A stretch of DNA of 64,000 nt, from contig JAJZTH010000016.1 of NCBI GenBank assembly GCA_021849075.1, positions 1,505 through 65,504 of the forward strand. Direction: 5' to 3'. The translations under genes were made by a program, and so were the position numbers. Origin of the DNA: Pseudomonadota bacterium. GTDB taxonomy: Bacteria; Pseudomonadota; Alphaproteobacteria; Sphingomonadales; Sphingomonadaceae. Below, piece by piece: positions 44,960 to 55,272 of this stretch. A model generated the notes under the pieces. That model made no database searches. It had not been told where the DNA came from and saw nothing but the letters and a program-made list of their open reading frames with translations. The first letter of the stretch is position 1, and the number at the start of each line of letters is the position of its first letter.

Positions 44960-45707
44960 TCCCCTCGTCGGGATAGGTCGCCCGCACGAAGTATAGCCCA
45001 TCGGGCGGCGCATTGAGGCCCAGCGCCGCGCGGTCTTTCGCCTCCAGCGCCGCGCGCAGATCATCCGCGCTCCATCGCCCCATGCCGACCAATGCAAGGC
45101 ATCCGACCATCGACCGCACCTGATGATGCAGGAAGGATCGCGCCGCCGCATGGATAGCGATGCGGTCGCCGTCCCGCTCCACATCCAGCCGGTCGAGCGA
45201 TTTCAACGGGCTTTGCGCCTGACAATGGGCCGATCGGAAGGTGGTGAAATCATGCCGCCCGACCAGTATCTGCGCCGCATCCTGCATCGCCTGCGCATCC
45301 AGTGGCTGTCCTACGCGCCACGCCAGCCCGTTTTCGAAGCTCAGCGGCGCGCGACGATTGGCGATGCGGTAGACATAGGATCGCCCGATGCAGGAAAAGC
45401 GGGCGTGCCAATCATCGGGCATCACTTCGCACGCCACTATGGCGACCGGATCGGGCCGCATCTTCGCGTTCAGCGCCTCCATCAGGCGGAAAGGCGCGAT
45501 GGCCTTTGCGATGTCCGCATGCGCGCGCATGCCAAGGCCATGGACCCCCGCGTCGGTGCGTCCGGCAGCGTGGATCACGGCGCGCTCACCCGTGACGGCG
45601 AAGATCGCGTCCTCGATTCTCTGCTGCACGCTTGGCCCATGGGCCTGCCGCTGCCACCCCATGAAGGGACGGCCGTCAAATTCGACGGTGAAGGCGAACC
45701 GGGTCAT
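44952..45707 (-). CDS. truA: tRNA pseudouridine(38-40) synthase
   Basis: [21 protein letters not shown]...[10 protein letters not shown] catalytic Asp motif. Confidence 0.9.
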   Translation of the reverse strand: MTRFAFTVEFDGRPFMGWQRQAHGPSVQQRIEDAIFAVTGERAVIHAAGRTDAGVHGLGMRAHADIAKAIAPFRLMEALNAKMRPDPVAIVACEVMPDDWHARFSCIGRSYVYRIANRRAPLSFENGLAWRVGQPLDAQAMQDAAQILVGRHDFTTFRSAHCQAQSPLKSLDRLDVERDGDRIAIHAAARSFLHHQVRSMVGCLALVGMGRWSADDLRAALEAKDRAALGLNAPPDGLYFVRATYPDEGIR

Positions 45708-45711
45708 CGGG

Positions 45712-46620
45712 TCAGGCGTCCACCCGGCTCCCGGCCGGCATGTCATAGCCGCGCAGCAATTCGCCCGGCGTCATCGCGCCCTTGCCCGCGCGCTGGATCA
45801 GTGTCGGGCGGATCGCGCCATGGCCGCATCCGATCAGCAGGCTGTCGTCCAGCATCTCGCCCGCCGGCCCGGCATGATGTTCGACATGGCCCGCCAATAT
45901 GCGGAACCGCTCGCCGCGATATTCGAAGAAAGCGCCGGGGAAGGGATTGAAGGCGCGAACCTGCCGTTCGACCTGATGCGCGTCCTTGGCAAAATCGATC
46001 CGCGATTCCGCCTTGTCGATCTTGGCGGCATAGGTCACGCCCTCTTCGGGCTGGGCCATGGGGGGATGCTGCGCGATATCGTCCAGCACCTCGACCATCA
46101 GCTCCGCGCCGGCCTGCGCCAGTTCGGCGGTCAGCGCGCCTGCCGTCTTGCTCTCGACCGGGGTGACATGCTTGGCGCGCATCGGCCCGGTGTCCAGGCC
46201 CGCCTCCATATCCATGATCGTCACGCCCGTCACATTGTCGCCCGACAAGATCGCCCGCTGGATCGGCGCCGCCCCGCGCCAGCGCGGCAGCAGCGAAGCG
46301 TGGATGTTCATGCAGCCATGGCGCGGCATCGCCAGCACGGCGCGCGGCAGGATCAGCCCATAGGCGGCGACCACCGCGACATCGGCGTCTAGCGCGGCGA
46401 AGGCGGCCTGCACATCGGCATCCTTCAGCGATGCCGGCGTGCGCACGTCTATCCCCAGTTCGTCGGCGCGCTGGTGGACGGGCGAGGATCGCAGACCCTT
46501 GCCGCGACCGGCGGGGCGGGGCGGCTGGCTATAGACCGCGACGATATCGTGACCCGCCTTCACCAGCGCGTCGAGCGCGGGAACGGCGAAATCGGGGGTG
46601 CCCATATAGATAATACGCAT
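45712..46620 (-). CDS. fmt: Methionyl-tRNA formyltransferase
   Basis: [16 protein letters not shown]...[20 protein letters not shown]. Confidence 0.93.
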   Translation of the reverse strand: MRIIYMGTPDFAVPALDALVKAGHDIVAVYSQPPRPAGRGKGLRSSPVHQRADELGIDVRTPASLKDADVQAAFAALDADVAVVAAYGLILPRAVLAMPRHGCMNIHASLLPRWRGAAPIQRAILSGDNVTGVTIMDMEAGLDTGPMRAKHVTPVESKTAGALTAELAQAGAELMVEVLDDIAQHPPMAQPEEGVTYAAKIDKAESRIDFAKDAHQVERQVRAFNPFPGAFFEYRGERFRILAGHVEHHAGPAGEMLDDSLLIGCGHGAIRPTLIQRAGKGAMTPGELLRGYDMPAGSRVDA

Positions 46621-46673
46621 GGCGGATGCTCAAACCCCTTGTCTCTCCCAGTTGCAACCCCTTATCTCACGAT

Positions 46674-47270
46674 ATGGCCTCTCCCGAAATCGAAGCATTG
46701 ACCCAGGCGCTGTCCCGCCTGCCCGGACTTGGCCCCCGATCGGCGCGGCGCGCGGTGCTGCATCTGCTCAAACGCCGTGAGGGCGCGATGGAGCCGCTGC
46801 TGCGCGCGCTGGAGGCGGTGAACGACCGGCTCGTCACCTGCGCCATCTGCGGCAATGTCGACACCGTCGATCCCTGCGGCATCTGCGCCGATCCGCGCCG
46901 TGATCCGCGCGCGCTGTGCGTAGTGGAGGATGTGTCGGATCTCTGGGCGCTCGACAAATCGCGCCTCTTCCCCGGCCGCTTCCATGTGCTGGGCGGCCGC
47001 CTGTCCGCGCTGGAGGGCGTGCGGCCGGAGGATCTGACCATCGACGCGCTGGTCGCCCGGCTGGAACAGGGCGGCATCGATGAAGTAGTGCTGGCGATGA
47101 ACGCCACGCTGGAGGGGCAGACCACCGCCCATTATCTGGCCGAACGGCTGGAGCGTTTCCCGATCCGCCTGACCCAGCTGGCCCATGGCGTGCCGGTTGG
47201 CGGCGAACTCGATTATCTGGATGAAGGGACGCTGGCGCAGGCGCTGCGCGCACGGCGGCCGGTGGGGTAG
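46674..47270 (+). CDS. recR: Recombination protein RecR
   Basis: [14 protein letters not shown] helix-hairpin-helix, CxxCx..CxxC zinc finger ([16 protein letters not shown]) and a Toprim region. Confidence 0.92.
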   Translation: MASPEIEALTQALSRLPGLGPRSARRAVLHLLKRREGAMEPLLRALEAVNDRLVTCAICGNVDTVDPCGICADPRRDPRALCVVEDVSDLWALDKSRLFPGRFHVLGGRLSALEGVRPEDLTIDALVARLEQGGIDEVVLAMNATLEGQTTAHYLAERLERFPIRLTQLAHGVPVGGELDYLDEGTLAQALRARRPVG

Positions 47271-47295
47271 TCGCCCCTGTGCTGCGCCGCTCCGC

Positions 47296-47324
47296 TTGAT
47301 ATTATCCGCCGTTCCGCCTATGTT
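47296..47324 (+). promoter_or_regulatory. Sigma-70-like promoter TTGATA-N17-TATGTT placed for a leaderless def transcript
   Basis: -35 at 47296-47301 and -10 at 47319-47324. The A of the def ATG (47331) is 7 nt after the -10, and no SD lies in between. Confidence 0.45.
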
Positions 47325-47330
47325 CGGCGC

Positions 47331-47861
47331 ATGGCAATCCGTCCCATCCTTGAAGCGCCCGATCCGCGGCTGCGCACCATTTCGACCCCTGTCGAGGCGA
47401 TCGACGACGATCTTCAGACGCTGATCGACGATATGTTCGACACCATGTATGACGCGCCGGGCATCGGTCTGGCCGCGATTCAGGTGGGCGTGCCCAAGCG
47501 CGTTCTGGTGATTGATCTTCAGGAACCGGAATCGGATGCGGAAGACGCGCCGCCGGTCAAGAAGCCGCTGGTCTTCATCAACCCGGAAATCCTTAAAGGC
47601 TCCGAAGAACTGTCGGTCTATAATGAAGGCTGCCTGTCGGTCCCCGACCAGTTTGCCGAAGTGGAGCGCCCCGCCGCGATCCGCGCCAGCTGGATGGACC
47701 GGGAAGGCCGCATTCATGAAGAACAGCTCGAAGGGCTGCTCGCCACCTGCCTGCAGCATGAAATGGACCATCTGGAAGGCGTGTTGTTCATCGACCATCT
47801 GTCCCGCCTGAAGCGCGACATGCTGCTCAAGAAGCTGAACAAGGCCCGCCGCGCCGCCTGA
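47331..47861 (+). CDS. def: Peptide deformylase
   Basis: [15 protein letters not shown] and QHEMDHL metal-binding motifs. Confidence 0.95.
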   Translation: MAIRPILEAPDPRLRTISTPVEAIDDDLQTLIDDMFDTMYDAPGIGLAAIQVGVPKRVLVIDLQEPESDAEDAPPVKKPLVFINPEILKGSEELSVYNEGCLSVPDQFAEVERPAAIRASWMDREGRIHEEQLEGLLATCLQHEMDHLEGVLFIDHLSRLKRDMLLKKLNKARRAA

Positions 47862-47884
47862 TCGGCGCGATGCTGCGAACGAAT

Positions 47885-47914
47885 ACGCCCTGACCTTATG
47901 GTCGGGGCGTTTTT
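47885..47914 (+). terminator. Intrinsic terminator after def
   Basis: ACGCCCTGACC-ttat-GGTCGGGGCGT followed by TTTT (one mismatch in the stem). Confidence 0.7.
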
Positions 47915-47976
47915 CGTTGGAGGAGGGCGCAGTCCCAATGCGTCGCCATCCTATATTCCATGCTTCTAAACATAGT

Positions 47977-48010
47977 CCGTTCGCCCTGAGCTTGTCGAAG
48001 GGCCGAACGG
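47977..48010. repeat. Single copy of the CCGTTCG..CTGAGC..GTCGAAG repeat
   Basis: ccgttcgccctgagcttgtcgaagggccgaacgg. The termini ccgttcg/cgaacgg and the inner gccct/agggc can pair. Confidence 0.75.
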
Positions 48011-48098
48011 AAGTTGGGATGACCTCTATCCAGCGGAGGACATGCTCACCGCAAGCACGGGATCGACGCTGCGCCTTTGACTCGCTAGGAGCGACTCC

Positions 48099-49136
48099 AT
48101 GACCGCACAGATCACCATCCGCCGCCCCGACGACTGGCATGTCCATCTCCGCGATGGCGAGATGCTGGCCATGGTCGCCAATTACACCGCGCGCCAGTTC
48201 GCGCGCGCCATCGTCATGCCCAACCTGTCGCCGCCGGTCGTCACCGTCGCCGCGGCGCAGGCCTATCGTGACCGGATCATCGCCGCGTTGCCGGCCGGGG
48301 CCGACTTCACGCCGCTGATGGTCTGTTATCTGACCGATGGCGCCGATCCGATGGAAATCGCGCGCGGCTATGCGCAGAGCGTGTTCGCCGCCTGCAAACT
48401 CTATCCCGCCCATGCCACGACCAATTCGTCCCACGGCGTCACCGATATCCGCAAACTGACCGGCCTGCTGGAAACCATGCAGAGCATCGGCATGCCGCTG
48501 CTGATCCATGGCGAAGTCACCGACCGCGACGTCGATATTTTCGATCGCGAAGCGGTGTTCATCGATCGCATCCTGACGCCGCTGGTGCGCGATTTCCCCG
48601 AACTCAAGATCGTGCTGGAACATATCACCACCGCCGAAGCGGTCGATTTCGTCAACGCCAGCGGGCCGAAGATCGGCGCGACGATCACGCCCCAGCATAT
48701 CATCATCAACCGCAACGCCATTTTCGACGGCGGCATCCGCCCGCACGCTTATTGCCTGCCGGTCGCCAAGCGGGAACAGCATCGCCTGGCCGTGCGCAAG
48801 GCGGCCGTGTCGGGATCGCCCAAATTCTTCCTGGGCACCGACAGCGCGCCGCACAGCATCGACCGCAAGGAATCCGCCTGTGGCTGCGCCGGCCTGTTCA
48901 ATGCGCCCTATGCGCTGGAAAGCTATGCGCAGGTGTTCGAAGAAGAAGGCGTGCTGGACCGTCTGGAGGGCTTCGCGTCCGAACATGGTCCCAATTTTTA
49001 CGGCCTGCCGCTCAACGAAGGCACGGTGACGCTGGTGCGCGAAGATGTGGTCGTGCCCGCCGCGATCGGCGAGGGCGCGTTGAGCGTCGTCCCCTTCCAC
49101 GCCGGCGAAACCATGCGCTGGCGCATGGTCGACTGA
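48099..49136 (+). CDS. pyrC: Dihydroorotase (homodimeric PyrC type)
   Basis: [16 protein letters not shown]...AIVMPNL...[12 protein letters not shown]...HGE... Confidence 0.92.
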   Translation: MTAQITIRRPDDWHVHLRDGEMLAMVANYTARQFARAIVMPNLSPPVVTVAAAQAYRDRIIAALPAGADFTPLMVCYLTDGADPMEIARGYAQSVFAACKLYPAHATTNSSHGVTDIRKLTGLLETMQSIGMPLLIHGEVTDRDVDIFDREAVFIDRILTPLVRDFPELKIVLEHITTAEAVDFVNASGPKIGATITPQHIIINRNAIFDGGIRPHAYCLPVAKREQHRLAVRKAAVSGSPKFFLGTDSAPHSIDRKESACGCAGLFNAPYALESYAQVFEEEGVLDRLEGFASEHGPNFYGLPLNEGTVTLVREDVVVPAAIGEGALSVVPFHAGETMRWRMVD

Positions 49137-49164
49137 CCCGCTGCCGCCATTTGCCGATGCCAAG

Positions 49165-49201
49165 AAAAAGCCTCTCCGGGGCAGACCCGGAGAGGCTTTT
49201 T
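49165..49201. terminator. Bidirectional intrinsic terminator between pyrC and phoB
   Basis: aaaaAGCCTCTCCGG-ggcagac-CCGGAGAGGCTtttt, a perfect 11-bp stem. Confidence 0.85.
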
Positions 49202-49229
49202 ATTGTCCGCAACAAGCAGCCCGTTCGGG

Positions 49230-49931
49230 TCAGCCCATCCCCTCGGTGTCCAGCGCATAGCCGGCTGACCGCACGGTGCGGATGATGTCCTGATACTGGC
49301 CATCGCCGTTGATCGCCTTGCGCAGGCGGCGGATATGGACGTCCACCGTGCGCAGTTCGATGTCGCTGTCCTGACCCCATACGCTGTCGAGCAGCCGCTC
49401 GCGCGAGAAGACCCAGCCTGGATGCTCCAGGAAATGCTTGAGCAGGCGGAACTCGGTCGGCCCAAGCGGGATCACCTGACCGCCGCGCCGCACCTTATGC
49501 CCCACCGTGTCCATCTCCACGTCGGAAAATGTCAGCGTTTCGCCGGCCAGCGCCGGGCGCACGCGGCGCAGCACCGCGCCCACCCGCGCCACCAGTTCGC
49601 GTGGGGAGAAGGGCTTGGTCACATAATCGTCCGCGCCCGTCTCCAGACCGCGCACCCGATCCTCTTCCTCGCCGCGCGCGGTCAGCATGATGATCGGGAT
49701 ATTGGCGGTGCCGTTCATGCGGCGCAGCCGGCGGCACACCTCGATCCCGGACAGGCTTTCGACCATCCAGTCGAGCAGCACGATGTCGGGCGTGTTTTCC
49801 TGCGCCATCAACAGCGCTTCTTCCCCATCGACCGTATGGGCGACGTCGAAATCCTCGCGCTTGAAATGCCAGATCAGCAGTTCGGCGAGCGCCGCGTCAT
49901 CCTCGACCAGCAGCATCTTGGCTCGGGCCAT
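49230..49931 (-). CDS. phoB: Phosphate regulon response regulator PhoB (OmpR family)
   Basis: Receiver domain (LLVEDD...DIVLLDWM...) plus a winged-helix domain (LRTVDVHIRRLRKAI). Confidence 0.93.
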   Translation of the reverse strand: MARAKMLLVEDDAALAELLIWHFKREDFDVAHTVDGEEALLMAQENTPDIVLLDWMVESLSGIEVCRRLRRMNGTANIPIIMLTARGEEEDRVRGLETGADDYVTKPFSPRELVARVGAVLRRVRPALAGETLTFSDVEMDTVGHKVRRGGQVIPLGPTEFRLLKHFLEHPGWVFSRERLLDSVWGQDSDIELRTVDVHIRRLRKAINGDGQYQDIIRTVRSAGYALDTEGMG

Positions 49932-49934
49932 GGA

Positions 49935-50630
49935 TCAGTCCTCCGCTTGCAGGTCGGCGCCGCGTTCGCGCTCGGGCAGGGTCTGGCCGGTGGCGGCATA
50001 ATAAACCATTTCCGCGACATTGGTCGCATGGTCGCCGATCCGCTCGATATTCTTGGCGATGAACAGCAGATGCGCGCATTCGCTGATCGTCTTGGGATTT
50101 TCGACCATGAAGGTGACGAGCGTACGGAACACGCTGTTGTAAAAATCATCGACCACCGTGTCGCGTTCGATGACCGCCAGCGCCAGATCGGCGTCGCGCG
50201 CGGCAAAGGCGTTCAGCGCATCATGCACCATTTCGCCCGCGACCTGCCCCATGGACGGCAGCAGGGAAATCGGTTCCAGCGTGCGGGTGTTGCTGGCCAC
50301 CAGCGGTACGCGCTTGGCGATATTCTTGGCATAGTCGCCGATGCGCTCCACGACGCTGACGATCTTCAGCGCGGCGATCACATCGCGCAGGTCGTTTGCC
50401 ATCGGCGCGCGGAGCGCAATCACCTGAATGACCAGCTTTTCGACTTCCGCCTCGATTGCGTCGATGCGCTTGTCGTCGGCCACGACCTGCGCGGCCAGCG
50501 CCTTGTCCTGCCGTTGCAGCGCCAGCATCGCATTTTCGATTGCCGCTTCGGCGCGCCCGCCCATTTCGGCGATCAGCCCGCGCAGCCGGTCGATTTCCTC
50601 GTCAAATGCCTTGATCGTATGTTCAGCCAT
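49935..50630 (-). CDS. phoU: Phosphate signalling complex protein PhoU
   Basis: 231 aa with a duplicated ERIGDxAxNIA motif. Confidence 0.93.
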   Translation of the reverse strand: MAEHTIKAFDEEIDRLRGLIAEMGGRAEAAIENAMLALQRQDKALAAQVVADDKRIDAIEAEVEKLVIQVIALRAPMANDLRDVIAALKIVSVVERIGDYAKNIAKRVPLVASNTRTLEPISLLPSMGQVAGEMVHDALNAFAARDADLALAVIERDTVVDDFYNSVFRTLVTFMVENPKTISECAHLLFIAKNIERIGDHATNVAEMVYYAATGQTLPERERGADLQAED

Positions 50631-50660
50631 GTTTCGTCTCTCCGGCGATCAGTGCCTAAA

Positions 50661-51464
50661 TCAGCCGTAACGGCCGGTGATATAATCCTTCGTCCGTTCC
50701 TGACGCGGATTGGTGAAGATGTCGCTCGTCACGCCATATTCGACCAGTTCGCCCAGGTGGAAGAAGGCGGTCCGCTGCGATACGCGGGCGGCCTGCTGCA
50801 TATTATGGGTCACGATGACGATGCCGTACCGGCCGCGCAGTTCGTGGATCAGTTCCTCGATCTTCGCCGTGGCGATCGGGTCCAGCGCCGAACAGGGTTC
50901 GTCCATCAGGATGACTTCGGGTTCGACCGCGATCGCGCGGCCGATGCACAGCCGCTGCTGCTGGCCGCCTGAAAGCGCGGTGCCGCTGTCATGCAGCCGG
51001 TCCTTCACCTCGTCCCACAGGCCGGCGCGGCGCAGCGACTTTTCGACGATCACGTCCATGTCCGCCTTGCCTGCGGCCAGACCGTGGATGCGCGGCCCAT
51101 AAGCGATATTTTCATAGATGGACTTGGGGAAGGGATTGGGCTTCTGGAACACCATGCCCACCCGTGCGCGCAGCTGCACCACGTCCATCGACGGGGCATA
51201 GATATCCTCGCCATCCAGCGTGATCGTGCCTTCTACCCGCGCCGAAGCCACGGTGTCGTTCATGCGGTTCAGCGTCCGCAGGAAGGTCGATTTGCCGCAG
51301 CCCGACGGGCCGATGAAGGCGGTGACATGGTCCATGTCGACATCGATCGACACGCCCTTGATCGCCTGTTTGGGGCCATAGAAAACCTTGACGTCACGGG
51401 CCGACATCTTGGGATTGGCGATGGTCAGGTCGGTTTGTTCTTGCATCATGGGGTCGATTACCAC
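50661..51464 (-). CDS. pstB: Phosphate ABC transporter ATP-binding protein
   Basis: GPSGCGKST Walker [15 protein letters not shown] signature, ILMDEP Walker B. Confidence 0.95.
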   Translation of the reverse strand: MVIDPMMQEQTDLTIANPKMSARDVKVFYGPKQAIKGVSIDVDMDHVTAFIGPSGCGKSTFLRTLNRMNDTVASARVEGTITLDGEDIYAPSMDVVQLRARVGMVFQKPNPFPKSIYENIAYGPRIHGLAAGKADMDVIVEKSLRRAGLWDEVKDRLHDSGTALSGGQQQRLCIGRAIAVEPEVILMDEPCSALDPIATAKIEELIHELRGRYGIVIVTHNMQQAARVSQRTAFFHLGELVEYGVTSDIFTNPRQERTKDYITGRYG

Positions 51465-52705
51465 CGTGTTTCAAACTTGTTGCGCAGGTAGATGGCGAGG
51501 CCGTTCATCGCGAGCAGGAAGACCAGCAATACGATGATCGCGGCGGATGTCTTTTCGACAAAGCCCTTGGAGACTTCGTCCGACCAGAGGAAAATCTGCA
51601 CCGGCAGCACGGTCGCAGGATCGGTGATCCCACCCGGCGGCGTGGCGATGAAGGCGCGCATGCCGATCATCAGCAGCGGCGCCGTTTCGCCCAGCGCGCG
51701 GGCCATGCCGATGATGGTGCCGGTCAGGATGCCGGGCAGGGCCAGCGGCAGCACATGCTGGAACACCACCTGTACCGGCGAAGCGCCGATGCCCAGCGCT
51801 GCGTCGCGGATGCTGGGCGGCACCGCCTTGATGGCGTTGCGCCCGGCGATGACGATGACCGGCATCGTCATCAGCGCCAGCGTCATGCCGCCGATCAGCG
51901 CGGCCGACCGGGGCAGATGCAGGAAGTTGAGGAAGATTGACAGGCCCAGCAGACCAAAGATGATCGAGGGGACGGCGGCCAGATTGTTGATCGACACTTC
52001 GATAATGTCGGTCCACCACGCCTTGGGCGCATATTCCTCCAAATAGAGGGCCGTGGCCACGCCGACCGGGAAGCTGAGCAGCAGCGTCACCAGCATCGTC
52101 AGCAACGACCCCTTGAACGCGCCCCAGATGCCGACCTGCGTCGGATCGGTGCCGTCGCTGGCGATCAGGAAATTCCAGTTGATGCCAGTCGACAGTACGC
52201 CCTGTTGCTTCAGCCGCGCGACTTCCGCCTCGGCCTCCGGCGATCCCTTGCTCTTGGCGGCCAGGTCGATCGCGGTCGATGCGGGGACGCTGATCGTTTC
52301 GGTGCGGCCCAAAATCTTGGGATCGGCCTTGATCGCGTCGCGAATGCTGATCCAGGCGGTGGGCGACAGCAGCACATCGGCGTCGCCACCCAGCGCCTTC
52401 TTCGCCACTTCGCCCGTCACCATCGGCAGATTGGCGTTCGCCAGTGCCTCATCGGTGATCGCATTGGGATCGAGCAGCAGCGGAGAGGCCGGGAAGTCGA
52501 CCTGCAACGCAATCTCGGTCCGGGTAAAGCCGCGCAGGCCATTGCCCATCATGGTGAAGAGCAGGAAGGCGAGGAAGGCGGCGGACAAAGCGACGGCGGC
52601 CAGACCGGCCAGCTTGAAGCGGCGCTCGGCGGCATAGCGCCGGGCGATCCGCTTGCGCATCGCATCCGACTTCCAATCGGTGGGGAGACGTTGAGCGGTA
52701 CTCAT
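51458..52705 (-). CDS. pstA: Phosphate ABC transporter permease PstA
   Basis: Multi-TM protein with the permease motif ...[11 protein letters not shown]... Confidence 0.9.
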   Translation of the reverse strand: MSTAQRLPTDWKSDAMRKRIARRYAAERRFKLAGLAAVALSAAFLAFLLFTMMGNGLRGFTRTEIALQVDFPASPLLLDPNAITDEALANANLPMVTGEVAKKALGGDADVLLSPTAWISIRDAIKADPKILGRTETISVPASTAIDLAAKSKGSPEAEAEVARLKQQGVLSTGINWNFLIASDGTDPTQVGIWGAFKGSLLTMLVTLLLSFPVGVATALYLEEYAPKAWWTDIIEVSINNLAAVPSIIFGLLGLSIFLNFLHLPRSAALIGGMTLALMTMPVIVIAGRNAIKAVPPSIRDAALGIGASPVQVVFQHVLPLALPGILTGTIIGMARALGETAPLLMIGMRAFIATPPGGITDPATVLPVQIFLWSDEVSKGFVEKTSAAIIVLLVFLLAMNGLAIYLRNKFETRW

Positions 52706-54096
52706 TCGTAAGCCTCGCGATATTTCTTCACGACCCGCAGGGCCACGATGTTGAGCAGCAGGGTGACGATGAACAGCACCAGCCCCAGCGCGAAGGCGGC
52801 CAGCGTCTTGGCGCTGTCAAATTCCTGATCGCCGGTCAGCAACTGGACGATCTGGGTCGTCACCGTGGTCACGCTGGCGAAGGGATTGGCAGTCATGTTG
52901 GCGGCCAGACCAGCCGCCATCACCACGATCATGGTTTCGCCGATCGCGCGGCTGACAGCCAGCAGCACGCCGCCGACAACGCCGGGCAGCGCGGCGGGAA
53001 TAAGGACGCGGGTGATCGTCTCGCTGGTCGTCGCGCCCATCGCCAGGCTGCCGTCGCGCATCGATTGCGGCACGGCGGCGATGCTGTCGTCGGCCATGGA
53101 GGACACGAACGGGATGATCATCACGCCCATCACCAGGCCGGCCGCCAGCGCGCTTTCCGAAGACGCGCCATGGATGCCGACCGACACGGCCAGATCGCGC
53201 AGCGCCGGGGCCACGGTCAGCGCGGCGAAATAACCGTAGACGACCGTGGGAACGCCCGCGAGGACTTCCAGGATCGGCTTCATCCATTTGCGCACGGTCG
53301 CACTGGCATATTGGGTCAGATAGACCGCGCTCATCAGGCCCAGCGGGATCGCCACGATCATGGCGATGATCGCGCCGATGAAGATGGTGCCCCAGAAGAG
53401 CGGCACCGCGCCGAACGCATCGTCATTGCCATATCCCATGGCGGCCGACTGCGGCGACCATTTCAGGCCGAACAGGAAGTCGACGGGGTTCACCATGGAG
53501 AAGAAGCGGAAGCTTTCCCACAGCAGCGACGCGACGATGCCCAGCGTGGTGACGATGGCCAGCAGCGATGCGACCAGCAGGGTCGCCATCACCAGCCGTT
53601 CGACCCGCGTGCGCGCCCGGAAATCGGGGCGGACGCGGGTGAAGGCGTAAGCGCCGCCGGCAAAGGCCAGGATCAGCGCCAGCGCCGCGCCGGCCACGCC
53701 ATAGCTGTTGAGCGCCGCGCGATAGGGTTCGACCAGCGCCTGAGAGGCCGGGTTGAAGGCCCCGGCCTGCAATCCCGTCGCGATCGCCCGCGCCTCGCCA
53801 AGGATGGCGGAGCGGGAGAAGGCGTCGGCGGGCAGGGCCTGCGCCGCCGGATCGGCGAGCACGGCCTGCGTCACCAGCCCGGGCGACACATTGGCCCACA
53901 CGGCCAGAAACAGGCCGGCGGGGATCAGCGTCCACAGCGCGACATACCAGCCATGATAGCCGGGCAGCGAGTGGACGGCGTCGCGACGCCCGGTTTCGCG
54001 CGCGGCGGTCTGTAACCGCAGCGCGCGGGCGCGAGCGCTGACCCAGGCGATGGCGCCCAGGCCCGCGAGCAGCAGGAAGATTGCAGGTCCGGTCAT
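52702..54096 (-). CDS. pstC: Phosphate ABC transporter permease PstC
   Basis: Multi-TM protein with the motif SRAIGETMIVVMAAG. 4-nt overlap with pstA. Confidence 0.9.
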   Translation of the reverse strand: MTGPAIFLLLAGLGAIAWVSARARALRLQTAARETGRRDAVHSLPGYHGWYVALWTLIPAGLFLAVWANVSPGLVTQAVLADPAAQALPADAFSRSAILGEARAIATGLQAGAFNPASQALVEPYRAALNSYGVAGAALALILAFAGGAYAFTRVRPDFRARTRVERLVMATLLVASLLAIVTTLGIVASLLWESFRFFSMVNPVDFLFGLKWSPQSAAMGYGNDDAFGAVPLFWGTIFIGAIIAMIVAIPLGLMSAVYLTQYASATVRKWMKPILEVLAGVPTVVYGYFAALTVAPALRDLAVSVGIHGASSESALAAGLVMGVMIIPFVSSMADDSIAAVPQSMRDGSLAMGATTSETITRVLIPAALPGVVGGVLLAVSRAIGETMIVVMAAGLAANMTANPFASVTTVTTQIVQLLTGDQEFDSAKTLAAFALGLVLFIVTLLLNIVALRVVKKYREAYE

Positions 54097-54107
54097 TACA
54101 CCTTCGC

Positions 54108-55172
54108 TTATTTGAGGTCGGAACCGTCGAGCACGGTCAGCGACTTGACCGTTTCGGCGCTTTTCTTGCGCACATCTTCCGGGGCCGCGACCATGCCGCG
54201 CTTGGTCAGCGCGCCGTCGGGACTCCAGTTGGCGGCGAAGCTGTTGAGGTACGCCTGAAGGCCCGGAATGGCCGTCATATGCGCCTTCTTCACATAGATG
54301 TAGAGCGGGCGCGCGCCGGGATATTGGCCCGTCGACACCGTTTCATAGGTCGCCTGAATGCCGTTGATCGGCACGTCGTTCAGCGTGTCCTTATTTTCCT
54401 CCAGGAAGCTGTAGCCGAACACGCCGACGGCGTTGGGATTGGCGTTCAGCTTCTGGACGATCAGATTGTCATTTTCGCCCGAATCCACATATTTGCCGTC
54501 TTCACGGATGCGGGTGCAGGTCGCCTTATATTCGTCTTCGCTCTTTTCCTTCAGCGCCTTCATCGCTTCGTCCGACTGGCATCCCTTTTCCAGGATCAGT
54601 TCGGCAAGCGAATCGCGCGTGCCGCTGGTCGATGGCGGGCCGAAGACGGAAATGGCGATCGCCGGCAGGCTGGGGTCCACATCCTTCCAGGTCTGGGCCT
54701 TGTTCGGACCCTTGCCATAGGGATTGGCGGCCAGCGCTTCATAAACGATCTTGGGGGTCAGCTTCAGGCCCGGACCCTTTTTCGATTCGGCAAAGGCCAG
54801 GCCGTCGACGCCGATCTGGATTTCGATGATGTCCTTGACGCCATTGGCCTGGCACTGTTCGAATTCCGACTTCTTGATGCGGCGCGATGCGTCTTCAATG
54901 TCGGGATGCTGGGCGCCCACGCCCGCGCAGAACAGCTTCATGCCGCCGCCGGTGCCGGTCGATTCGACGATCGGCGACTTCATGCCGGCATTGCCCTGCA
55001 CGAACAGTTCGGCGACCGCCGTGGCGAAGGGGTAGACGGTCGAGGAGCCGACCGCGCGGATCTGATCGCGGGTCGCGCCGGCGCCGCCGGTCTGGTCGCC
55101 GCATGCGGCAAGGCTGAAAACACTCGCGGTCGTGGCGGCGAGCAGGGCGAACTTCTTCACGGGAACCTCCAT
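54108..55172 (-). CDS. pstS: Phosphate ABC transporter substrate-binding lipoprotein (PstS family)
   Basis: Lipobox SLAAC, then AVGSSTVYPF. Positioned first in the pst operon. Confidence 0.88.
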   Translation of the reverse strand: MEVPVKKFALLAATTASVFSLAACGDQTGGAGATRDQIRAVGSSTVYPFATAVAELFVQGNAGMKSPIVESTGTGGGMKLFCAGVGAQHPDIEDASRRIKKSEFEQCQANGVKDIIEIQIGVDGLAFAESKKGPGLKLTPKIVYEALAANPYGKGPNKAQTWKDVDPSLPAIAISVFGPPSTSGTRDSLAELILEKGCQSDEAMKALKEKSEDEYKATCTRIREDGKYVDSGENDNLIVQKLNANPNAVGVFGYSFLEENKDTLNDVPINGIQATYETVSTGQYPGARPLYIYVKKAHMTAIPGLQAYLNSFAANWSPDGALTKRGMVAAPEDVRKKSAETVKSLTVLDGSDLK

Positions 55173-55243
55173 ACATCAAGGCCGCGATTCGCAAGTCGCC
55201 GCCCCCCTGTGGAAGCGCCCTAGTCGCGGACCATCGCGCCTTT

Positions 55244-55272
55244 GTGACAGTCAGGTTTCCTTTTTATGACAC
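55244..55272 (-). promoter_or_regulatory. Pho box upstream of pstS, overlapping the phoR stop codon
   Basis: The minus strand reads GTGTCAT-aaaa-AGGAAAC-ctga-CTGTCAC (three 7-mers in 11-bp phase; the outer two match the CTGTCAT core), 72-100 nt upstream of the pstS ATG. Confidence 0.65.

Noticed and set aside
43106-45184. 692-aa minus-strand ORF covering tRNA-Arg, yhhQ and the GGDEF gene
   Set aside because: It runs through a tRNA gene and lies antisense to two genes with clear family motifs. Other long shadows rejected on the same grounds: 992-2518, 3496-4710, 4692-5663, 7946-8920, 33806-35269, 36834-38666, 49335-50972, 54081-55223, 55402-56412, 58682-59548, 61465-62529 and 62039-62965.
46662-49163. 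833-aa ORF on the minus strand spanning recR, def and pyrC
   Set aside because: It lies antisense to three genes with unmistakable motifs. Its composition is Arg/Gly/Ala/His-rich and low-complexity, as expected for the complement of high-GC3 coding sequence. It has no motif, SD or signal.
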